A stretch of 64,000 bases of DNA, from assembly GCA_013265495.1 (NCBI GenBank), contig MU057880.1, forward strand, positions 186,001-250,000. The letters are read 5' to 3'. Made by a program: the position numbers and the translations under genes. Shown here piece after piece: positions 11,684 through 21,845 of this stretch (position 1 is the stretch's first letter; each line of letters opens with the position of its first letter). The stretch comes from Vicugna vicugna. Taxonomy: Eukaryota. The notes beneath the pieces are model-generated. The model made no database searches. It worked only from the letters and a program-made list of their open reading frames with translations, and was not told the origin of the DNA.

Positions 11684-11912
11684 TGACGTCTGGGCTGCGG
11701 TCCCAGGATGCTCAGCCCTGACAGGTGCGGCCGGCCTTTCCCAGCACGGCAGAGCCGCTCCTCGCAAGGCGTGGTGGTACCGCGGCCTCGGTAGTGATGA
11801 GGATGGTCCACGGCGCAGAGGGCCCTCCCTCCTCGTAGGACTCGAAGTAAGAACCCTAGTGATGGTCACGTGACTGGGGTGGGGCGAAGGGCAGAAGGAA
11901 CTGAGCTTGCGT
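11684..11912. promoter_or_regulatory. Small CpG-rich promoter/enhancer-like element
   Basis: About 18 CpG in ~230 bp by manual count. GTCACGTGAC palindrome at 11865-11874, CRE-like TGACGTCT at 11684-11691, GC/GT box GGGGTGGGGCG. Confidence 0.55.
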
Positions 11913-13151
11913 TTCCTGCACTTTGAAGTTGGACTGACTTCAGTTTTAGAAAAAGAACGCGATGTAATGACTGGTGAAGCGAAGTTTCCAAAAGAGACTG
12001 TCTCTGCTGCACTTCAACCGTATCCACTTGAGAAACTGGCGTGCTTTCCAACACGTGGATCCCAGGAAAGCATCTTTTCTTACCTAGAATTGTTTACCTA
12101 CATTCTGATTTCTGAACATGTGTCCAAAAATCCATGTAAACCAACTTCTCAATTCAAGAGGCCGCTGACTTCTGATTTTCCAAAATGCTCAGATGCCTTC
12201 TCCCTGATACTATACTGAGAGAGTTTGAACTGTGGTCCCTCTTCATAGGTAACCTTCTTGTCAAAATACAAATCCCTGCATTTGAAGTGAAGAGTCACAA
12301 ACAATTGTAGAAATAATTCTGGACTTTAGTCTGCAGGAGTAATAGCATAACAGTAGAGTTTTTAATTTAACTGACTATAGAAATGATGAAAATGCCTAAA
12401 TTCACTGTGTCATCTTGGGAATAAACACCTACAAAAAGTGAAAAACTAATCTTTTGTAACCCTGACATACTGAAAAATGATCTATCCATAATAACATTCC
12501 CTTTTCCCACAAGAAAAACATTTTCATTATTTAAAAAAAGCCAAACAGGAAGGAAAAAAAACCTTAATATTATTGCATCTTGGTAAAGTTATTTAAAATT
12601 ATGTACACAGTTTTTTAAATGATGGACAGATTATGCTCAGTGCTAGAGCATAATATATGATGGGGCTAAATGCTCCTTTGTTTTCCTGTTGAAGATTCTT
12701 CTCCATGACAAGCCACAGCTGTCAAGCCTTCAGCAGAAGTCTGCATTTTTGTCAGGGAAAACAATTACAGTCTGAAGTTTGCTGACTCCCTTCCAAATAT
12801 AGCTCCCTTCTCCACAAAAGGTAGTTGACAGACTGTAGAAACTCTAACCAAACTGAAAACCAAAAAGGCATCTCTTATTTCTGAAGAAGGTACGTCAAGA
12901 CGTCAGATTCTCCAGGTAGAGGCTCTCAATGTTGGTTATTGAAAGAGATGCTTTGAAACCCATAATATGTTTTTTTAAAGGCCTAAGAGACACAACAGTT
13001 TCCATTATCCAGGAACATTTTTGAAAATTATTTGTTCCTAAGCAAAGATGACATTTCTAAGCCAGGATGAGAAATCAATTGAGGGATGAATTGTAAAATA
13101 TTTGTGATACATTTATTGTCACAAATCCATCAAAAGACTGAACATTTTATG

Positions 13152-13328
13152 GCGGGGGGACGGTATAGCTCAGTGGTAGAGCACGTGCTTAGCATACACA
13201 AGGTCCTGGGTTCCATCCCTGGTACTTCCATTAAATAAAACAAACAAAAGAACAAGCCAAAGCAAAAAGCCAAAAATTTTTTTAAAAAAGAAACACATCA
13301 TATATATTTAAACCCATATATTCTTAAT
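13152..13328 (+). mobile_element. tRNA-derived SINE (Vic-1-like)
   Basis: GGTATAGCTCAGTGGTAGAGCAC (A box) and GGTTCCATCCC (B-box-like), A-rich tail. Degenerate TSD aaaagactgaacattttatg / aaaaaactgaaagttcttatg. Confidence 0.92.
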
Positions 13329-13817
13329 AAAAAACTGAAAGTTCTTATGCTTGTGTGTGTCAAGTATCTTCAAATGTATTTTTCTATCAGTAATTTCTGT
13401 TATGCTATGACATCCTTACGTGATGAATCTATTTTCAAGATCAAGTTTTAATGGTCATTTAGGTGATGGCTCCCTGTGTTCTTCTTAGTCAGAATCATGA
13501 AAGTCTGGTGGGGAAGTAATTCCGTACTCTTAAGGTTAGGTTGTTGGTTTTGGTTTTGTTTGTTTGTTTGGCGTCCCTGGAGTGGTTTAGGCACACAGGG
13601 AGATGGGGCTGGAATGGCAGCAATCAAGAAAGTCTAGATGAAGTTCTATTTTAGATGAAAGCACTGTTGCCAGCCCCAGCAAGGTCAAGCAGAGAAAGAC
13701 GGCGTTTTCTGAACATTGCATATGTTGTTGGCTTAACTGACTTTAGTTTAGTTTTAGTTTTAAGTTTCTTGGCAGGAGTCAGATGGGATAAAAGAGAGAT
13801 TTTAAAACTCTGCTGCA

Positions 13818-14168
13818 GGGGGAGGGTAGAGCTCAGTGGTAGAGTGCATGCTTAGCATACATGAATTCCTGGGTTCCATCCCCAATACCTCTATTTGCAA
13901 ATGTTAGCCACTATATATAAAAACAGATTTTAAAAAAAGTTTCTGCTATATAGCACGGGGAACTATATTCAATACCTTGTAATAACCTTTAATGAAAAAG
14001 AATATGAAAACAAATCTATGCATGTATATGCATGACTGGGACTTTGTGCTGTACACCAGAAATTGACACATTGTAACTGATGGTACTTCAATTAAAAAAA
14101 AGATTTAAACCAAAAAAAAAAGTGAATAAATAAGCCTAATTACCTCCCCCAAATAAAAAAGGAATTTA
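13818..14168 (+). mobile_element. Vic-1-like SINE interrupted by an L1 3' end
   Basis: SINE head 13818-13895. SINE tail AATAAATAAGCCTAATTACCTCCCCC at ~14125-14150. Degenerate TSD 13804-13818 / 14169-14183. Confidence 0.9.
13896..14121 (+). mobile_element. L1 3'UTR fragment nested in SINE
   Basis: TATAGCACGGGGAACTATATTCAATACCTTGTAATAACC..ACACATTGTAACTGATGGTACTTCAATT plus A-rich tail. Highly similar to 61322-61514. Confidence 0.9.
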
Positions 14169-15959
14169 AAAAATTCTATTCCAGATCCATGCTTTATTCT
14201 AAACAGGAGGTTGAAGTTATTGTCCACTCAGAAATTTGAATAGTCTGTGCTGTCTCAGTGTCTAGCTAATTGAATTTCTAAGGCTCTCATCCTGAGAGTT
14301 TTTCATCCTGTTTCAAAGCAAACCAATGAGAAGGCAGAATACGAAAAGCCTAGCCTTTTGGTAGTCTAGTAAATCCAACATTTGGAGGAAGACTGTATCT
14401 GATGATTTTTAACTTATATCTTTTTTTTTCCCTGATTCTCAAATTGGATTTGTGTTGGCTTATAAGAAAAGATATATTTATTATAAGGCTATTAAAAAGT
14501 ATACATATAAAACTCTAAGCCATTAAATATAGATAGAAACAAACGTGGTAATCATGAAATCAAATGCAGAGCAAGCATGGCATTTAGCTCTGAACTTTCC
14601 CTAAAGACCAAGCGAAAATGGTAATGCAGTCAATTCCGCATTTTATTTATTATTTGTTAGGTGAAAGCCTTGTAGTCATTTAATAAAGAGGATTTCTCTT
14701 TACATTAACTCCTAAAATTGATTTCACAGAGTTCCTACCGTCTAGGATTCTGGGAATCACATCATATATGTGATCCCTAGCTTGGAATCAACAGGCAATT
14801 GACTTGTAAAAAGATTTAACATTCTCTTATATCATTTGAATATGCCAGATATTTGCATTGAAAGAGACAGAGAGAAATATCAAAGTGAATTTGTTATTTT
14901 CTTAGAATAACATATAACATATGCTTATATTCACCTACTCCATGGGATGGGATGTACCTGTTCTTGGAACAAAGTGAAAGCTACGCCCAATACAATCACA
15001 TTTCTGCTGTGTTTTCCTTCTATAAATAGTAAACACCCCTCAGCCCCTTCCAGGGGTAAAAAATCACTTATAGTGCTGGATTGAACAGTGGTCTGAGAAG
15101 TACTGAATCACTGAACTCTCATTCTGTTCCAATGCATTTTGAAGACAAAGTTATCATGGATACCTCACCCTGCAGGGGTGATTGGGTGGTGAGATGTGGA
15201 AATGAAATAATACTTGTTTACCAAATGAGAACTTCTCAACTACCAAAAAGAATGAGACAGAAATTGGCTTCCTCACCTACTGGCTATAAGATTCCAGATA
15301 ACCTCTTGGTTTTCTCACCCATAAGATGAGAATGGTAACTAGCTCCCCCAAATTTTTATAAATATGAAATAAGATAATGTATAGAAATCAGAGAGCACTC
15401 ATTAGGTCCTCTGCATATTTTTGGTTTCTTACACATAAAGCTAGAAAATCAACTTTGAAGACCAATGTTCTGAACCATCTTTCACGACAGACCACAAATT
15501 ATTTTGTGGCATCCTCGCTGAATATAAAAATTTTTAAATACCTCCCTGTTCTCATTTGAAATATCCGGTGGCTAAAGGAAGGACTAATCATTAGATGAAA
15601 CCAGATAACATATCAGCAATTTGGAAAACAAAATAAAAGAGTGCTTCATTTCATATAACACACCAAAATAATTTTTATGGACATCATTCATAAAGAAACT
15701 ATCTATCAGTGAAAAAAAAACTTCTACAAATTAATAAATTAGAAGAAATTCTATTTGATAGATATAACTATAGAAAACTGTAAGCTTTTCTGGTTAAAAT
15801 ATTAAAAAATAATTAAAATCAAATAAAGGAAAATAATTAAGCATTTATTGCAGCTCAGTATCTATCCTTAATATAAAAGGCACCTACATACCATTAATAA
15901 CAAAATTACAACCCACATAAAACAACACGAAAGACATAAACTGATGAAAAAGATGAAAA

Positions 15960-17085
15960 TGGATTCCTGGCCAGCATCTTCCTCCCTCTGCTTTCTCCCA
16001 GGATCACTGTGTTTCTCCCCTACCTTCTCACAAATTTGTGTTTTGAGGAAAGCTGACCCTATTTCCAAATTTAGGATGGATTCCGATTAGTCTGAGAACA
16101 CTAAGTCCTGGCTTTTGGTGCCTGCTTTTTTTTTAATTGACAAGTAGTTGGTTTACAGTGCTAGTTTCAGGTATACAGCAAAGCAACTCAGTTATACATA
16201 CACATTCATATTTTCTATACACATATTTTTGTATTCTTTTCCATTATAGCTCATTGCAAGAAATTAAATATAGTTCCCTGTGCTATACAGCAGGTCTTTG
16301 TTGTTGATTTTATATGTAGTAGTTAGTATCTGCTAATTCCAAACTCCTAATTTATCCCGCTCTCCTCTTTTCCCCTTTGATAAACATAAGTTTATTTTCT
16401 ATGTCTATGAGTCTGTTTCTGTTTCATAAATAAGTTCATTTGTGTCATTTTTAGATTCCACATGTAAGTGATATCACATGATATTTGTTTTTCTCTGTTG
16501 AATTTACTTCACTTAATATGTTAATCTCTAGGTTCATCCATGGTGCAGTAAATGGCATTGTTTTATTCTTTTTTATGGCTGAGTTGTATTCCATTGTAAA
16601 AATATACCACAACTTCTTTATCCAGTCACCTGTTGATGGACATTTAGGTTGTTTCCATGTCCTGGCTATTGTAAATAGTGCTGCTATGAACATTGGGGTG
16701 CATGCATCTTTTCAAATTAGTTTTCCTTGGACTTATGCCCAGGAATGGGGTTGCTGGATCATATGGTAAGACTATTTTTAGTTTTTTAAGGTGCCTGCTT
16801 TTATCCCAGGAGTGGTCTTGTGGCTATGTTGGTCCAATCTGGAGGAAAGGACTTACATACCATGGTTACAGAAGTTATCTCATTCTATCTTGCTGGATAT
16901 GAACAAGAAAGCTTCTAGCTATAATAGAAAGTAGAAACAGTATCAAGATGACACTGATGCAAAATGGTGGGACACGGAGAAAAAAATTGTGTCTTTATTG
17001 ATATTAAGTAGATGATCAGGCTACTTACTACACAGTTCATTCATTCCACCAGCCAACTTTCATTTATGTGAGGCAACAAATACTT
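15960..17085 (+). mobile_element. Probable ancient MaLR LTR (MLT1K/L-like) split by a young L1
   Basis: Degenerate MLT1-like motifs (GGAAAGCTGACCCTA, GTTGGTCCAAT, TTATGTGAGGCAACAAATAC) on both sides of the L1. Confidence 0.45.
16130..16789 (-). mobile_element. L1 3' end with ORF2 C-terminus
   Basis: ORF 16451-16693 [28 protein letters not shown] is the L1 ORF2 C-terminus. Exact 13-bp TSD ggtgcctgctttt at 16117-16129 / 16790-16802. Confidence 0.96.
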
Positions 17086-17089
17086 GAGA

Positions 17090-18480
17090 CAAATAGGACA
17101 TAAATACTAAAATGATACATATATCACAATTATAATTAACATGTCAATAATTTGGGAACAACATAAGAAATTTGCTCATAAGAAAATTTATGGTTTTACA
17201 TATTTTTGTATTAAATCAAAGTGGAAAACAAATTAAATAAACATTCAACTTGAGATGCTAGAAGAATCAACTTAAAAACAAAAACAGAACAGATATTATT
17301 CTGAGATAATTCAAGTATAAAAATTGGCTTCAGATAAAGTCAAAAACCTGATAAGCCAGTAATACTAAAAAAAAAAAAATGTAAATGGTTATCAAAGACC
17401 TTCTCTGTGGAAAATAATACAGTCTTTATTTCACAATACTCACAAAAATAAATTCCAATTTATTTGGAAATAAACTTTACAAAAGGAAAAATTAAAATAT
17501 TAGGATAAACATTGATGAGTAAATTTATGCTCCAAAAGTATCTAAAGCAGGGAATTCCTTTTTATTCAAAACAAGAACCATTAAAGCAGAATGTTAAAAT
17601 TCTGTACAAAATATTCATAAACAAAAAAAGACAGAATAAAAAAACATGACATATATAACATAAAAGGTGGTATCTAGATATCTACAAATAAACAAGCAAA
17701 AAGTAACTAAAATTTTTAAATAAAATATTAATAGGCAATTTATATAAAAGAAACTGCAAATCACCAATAAACATATGAAAGGGGAAGTTACATCACTAGT
17801 AATTGGAAAAAAATGAAAATTTAAACTATAGCTTACTATTTCCCCTCTCACACTGGCAAAAACTTTACTCTGTAAATATCCAGCTTATACTGCAGTGAAC
17901 CTGGTAGAATGCTAACTGGTAATAAGCACTTTAGAAGACAATTTGACATTTTCCATTGAAATTAAGAATAAATGTATCTTGAGATCCAGAAATTTAATTT
18001 CAAGAACTCATGCTAGACAAAATCTTGGACATGTGCTCAAAAAAGAAGAAGAAAGTATAGTAACAGGTCCTTTTTATTAACAACAAAAAAATAGCATAAA
18101 TAAGATGACAAACTTTTTTATTATTCATATTATATCCCAATTATGAAGTGTCATACAGCTTCTCAAAGGAATAAATGAAATCTGTATGTCAAAACAAGAT
18201 ACTGTTGAGTAAAAAATTAGGGCGTAATGCATGCAATATGATACCATTTTTGTGTAAACACATAATTATAAAACAATAATGCATTGTATTTTATGAATAC
18301 ATATCAACATACATAGCTGTAGTCATTACAAGGCTTTGGAGTGTTTCCCAGAGAATTTTAATACTGGTTAACTCTCACGAGGAAGGGAAAGAGGTAACTA
18401 CTAGACAGTGTTGAAAATAAATTAGCCTTATCTATAATGTTTAATATATTTTGAAGAAAATTACTTGTGGGTTATTAATA
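17090..18480 (+). mobile_element. Highly decayed L1ME-type fragments
   Basis: A-rich L1-like runs, e.g. CAAAAATAAATTCCAA, CCAATAAACATATGAAA and CACTTTAGAAGACAATTTGACA. Similar remnant at ~15600-15950. Confidence 0.65.
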
Positions 18481-18500
18481 TAATAAAAGTTTTTAAACAG

Positions 18501-18850
18501 TGCTATAGACTGAATGCTCATATCCTCCCAAAATTCATAAATTGAAATCCTAACTTTCAGTGTGATGGTATTAAAAGGTGGGGCCCTTAGAGGGTGATTA
18601 AGTCATAGGGATGGAGCCCTCTTGAATCGGATTAGTGCCCTCATAAAAGAGACCCCAGAGAGCCCCCTCACCCACTCCACCAGATCAGAAGCAAGAAGAC
18701 GGTGGTCTATGAACCAGGGAGCAGGCTCTCTGTAGGCACCAGATTTGCCAGCACCTTGATCTTGGAGGACTTTCCAGCCTCTGAAACAGTAAAAAAAAAT
18801 AGATTTCTATCATTTATAAACCACTCACTATATGACATTGTTCTTATAGT
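18501..18850 (+). mobile_element. MLT1A-type MaLR LTR
   Basis: TGCTATAGACTGAATG..CCCAAAATTCATAAATTGAAATCCTAAC..GGATTAGTGCCCTCATAAAAGAGACCCCAGAGAGC..CCAGCACCTTGATCTTGG. Confidence 0.9.
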
Positions 18851-18854
18851 ACCC

Positions 18855-19343
18855 TCTTTACAATGTCATGGCTACAGACATGCACACTTTTAGAGTTCAA
18901 TGTGCATTATTAACCTTCTCTCTATTGTTTTCTTAATTTTACTCAATGAACAAAACAAACAATCAAGCCCGAATTTGCAGCATTTGCTGATTTCCATAAT
19001 GTAGACACTCCTATAACGGCCAATTTCAAGCCATCAAAGTGCTACCACTGATAATGGAGTTGGAAAGAGGTGTTCAGTAACACATTATTATATAAAATTC
19101 CCACCATACAGATGTGATAGATGTAAATAACCTCAGGAGTTGATAGTAAAATGTAATAAAATAATTAAGAAGTGATAGGTTTTGAATATTTATTACTTTT
19201 ATTTTTAATATAATTTAATTATAAATTTGAGTAATTTAAAATTTAATAATGGCTGAGTTGTTAACAATTGGCTCACCAAATTCCTGAAAGTCTGACAACC
19301 CGTTCTCTGTGAGATGGTACAAGCTGGTTCCAACAAACAACTA
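18855..19343 (-). mobile_element. MER63-type hAT-Blackjack element
   Basis: Internal TTTGCAGCATTTGCTGATTTCC and CCACCATACAGAT..GTAAATAACCTCA. Terminal GGTACAAGCTGGTTCCAACAAACAACT resembles the MER63 TIR. Confidence 0.85.
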
Positions 19344-19503
19344 ATTCCAGGTGTCACTGTAAAGCTCTTAAACTTGTGTCTCAAATAGGAACCAAGTTCC
19401 TTAAACAATGCAGAAATTATAGAAATGCTATTGAAAATATATCCATGAATTCATGATAAAATATCACATTAGGGGACCAGGAATCAACATTGAAATCACA
19501 CTT

Positions 19504-19641
19504 TGTTTTTATTTTTATTTTTTTGGTGGGGGGAGGTAATTAGATTTATTAATTTACTCTTAGGGGAGGTTCTGGGGATTGAACCCAGGACCTTATGCAT
19601 ATTAAGCATGCGCTCTACCACTTGAGCTATACCCTGCCCCC
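19504..19641 (-). mobile_element. tRNA-derived SINE (Vic-1-like)
   Basis: Full head and tail (GGGGGAGGTAATTAG..GGGGATTGAACCCAGGACC..GAGCTATACCC). TSD tgaaatcacactt (19491-19503) / tgaaattacactt (19642-19654). Confidence 0.95.
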
Positions 19642-20368
19642 TGAAATTACACTTGATATCCAAGGATATAGATAGCATCTTCACTCTGACATGTGCCACA
19701 AAATGAAAAACATTCCCAATGACATTATATTTCCTTCATGAAAGAGTTTAAATGAAAGGATGTTGATATTAGGAGAGAGAGAGCCATCTCATAATTCTCA
19801 CTCATGACCTCACTTCTACATCAACTGGCCCTCCTCCCTTCTAGACCTGAGTTGGTGATCCCATCCAAGGGGGACACTGGGACACTTACAAGTCATTGTG
19901 CTTCTTCCCCCAGTCTCATCCAATTCCCCCACCACCTCATCTATCAGGCATCTCTTGAACTCTTCAAATCTTCTGGGCCTCATTCCATATCCTGATCTTC
20001 TGAAGAGACCTCAGCCACCACTTCTGAGCTCCACACGGGCTCCATAGAACTTCTCGAAGGTGCGCACCCAGAGTACCTCCAAGCCTATGGTACCTTCACG
20101 CTGCTTCACGCACAGTGCCTCGCACATCTCCTTCATCCTTCTCTCCAGGAAGGCCCCTCGCCTATTTCCATTGTCATGAGAGTTCTAAATTTTGACCTCC
20201 TTGCTTAACCCAATCCCTAAGCCATGCTCTGGTGTGCTGTGTTATAGGATCAGATCCAAGCTCCTTGTCATGACACCCAAGACCTCTCACAAAGGAGTCT
20301 CTGCCTCGACCTCCAAATCTGTTTCCCACAACTCCTCCTTACACTCCAGTAGTAACAAACTTGAATTT

Positions 20369-20508
20369 ACCTTTTTTTTAGCAGATATCTTATTTATTTA
20401 CTTACTTACTTCTTTACTTATTTATTTTGATGGAGGTACTGGGAATTGATCCTAGGACTTCATGCAAGCTAAGTGTGTGCTATCCCACTGAGCTCTACCG
20501 TCTCCCCT
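20369..20508 (-). mobile_element. tRNA-derived SINE (Vic-1-like)
   Basis: GGAGGTACTGGGAATTGATCCTAGGAC..ACTGAGCTCTACC. TSD caaacttgaattt (20356-20368) / caaacttatattt (20510-20522). Confidence 0.9.
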
Positions 20509-20689
20509 GCAAACTTATATTTTCTACATGGTTGTTTCCATCTATATCCTGCTTAAAATTGTCCATTTGTATTTATATGTGTATTACTTGATATGTTGTA
20601 GAACAAGCAATACACTAGCATGTTGCTTGATTGCTTACCTTAGGGATGTGTGTGCTGAGTGCTTCTTCCCATCCTCCTCTCCCCACCCT

Positions 20690-21190
20690 TTTCTATCAAC
20701 TCTGTATCCTAAATTTCTCTTGAATGTTTCCAACCCCATTGACACTGCCTAGTTGGAATACACTATCACCATGTTCCTAGGCTGATTAAATAGCTCATCG
20801 TTGGTGCTTCTATATTTCTTCTTTCTCCTTCCAAACCATTCTTCACACTGCAACCACATGTTCCTTAGAAGCCACGAATCCCTTCTAAACTCTCTTAAAA
20901 TAAAGTTATTGAAAAACCAAAAGGCTCTCTCTCCTACTCATAGGGTTCAACTCAGCTACATTTCTTCAGGGAAGCATTTCTTAATGTCACAGGCTAAATC
21001 AGCTTCCCTGTTTTGAACCCTTATGGAATCATATACTATATACAAAAAATAACAAATTAATGTGAAGTTGTTCATTTAAGGTCCCTTTTTTGCCCCACTA
21101 TTCCGTGTGAAAGTGTGACTCATGCTGTTTTGTGTACCAAGCACAAGGGAGATATTCAAAAACTACTTGCTGAATGTGTGAGTTAGTTAA
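20690..21190 (+). mobile_element. Decayed L2 fragments
   Basis: L2-like pyrimidine-rich runs, TTCTTCAGGGAAGCATTTC, and a 3' end ATTCAAAAACTACTTGCTGAATG. Confidence 0.55.
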
Positions 21191-21344
21191 TTAACTAAGC
21201 AATCAACTTCGCATCAATTCAGTCCTCAGGTGATTGACAACACAAGCAGTTAAGATAGAATTAATTGGTGAGACCCCTCAGTTGTTGACTCTTGCACACT
21301 AGTGATGCAAAAAGTTCTTACGTAAATGCCCAGCATTAATTCAA

Positions 21345-21845
21345 TGTGCAAGTTTCCTATCACTACTGCAGCAAATGACCACAAACTCAGTGACTTCAAA
21401 TAACAAAATGTATTTTCTTATGCTTCTGGAGGTCTGAAGTCCAAAATGAGGATCATGGGACTAAAATCAAGGTGTGCACAGGACTGGTTCCTTCAGACGC
21501 CTCCAGGGGAGAATCCATTTCCTTGTCTTTTCCAGCTTCTAGAAACCAGCTGTGTTCTTGGCTTGTGGCCCCTTCCTGGCATTATTCCAACCTCCTGCTT
21601 CCTTTGTCTGTCTACTAGTGGCTCTGACCTGCCTCCCTCTTATAAAAGGACTTTTGTGAGTAGGTACATCTGGTCTACCCAGATAATTGAGGCTAATTCC
21701 CAGCTCCGGATCCTCGACGTAATCACAGCTCCTTAACTTAACCATAGCTGCTAAGCCCTTCTTACCATGTGCGGTAATTCACGCACAGATTCCAGGCATT
21801 AGGATGTGGAAGATCTTTAAGGGGGCATTCTTCAGCCTTTCTGCA
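21345..21845 (-). mobile_element. MLT1D/E-type MaLR solo LTR
   Basis: CCACAAACTCAGTGACTT..TTCTGGAGGTCTGAAGTCCAAAATG..GGGGAGAATCCATTTCCTTGTCTTTTCCAGCTTCTAGA. TG..CA ends with 5-bp TSD ttcaa / ctcaa. Confidence 0.9.

Noticed and set aside
11406..12218. Overlapping 100-138 aa ORFs on both strands
   Set aside because: Explained by high local GC. Low-complexity, unrecognisable peptides.
13160..13232. tRNA gene calls for the tRNA-like heads (also at 13818, 19570, 32970, 42165 and 59610)
   Set aside because: They have A-rich tails, TSDs and degenerate stems, so they are SINE copies rather than tRNA genes.
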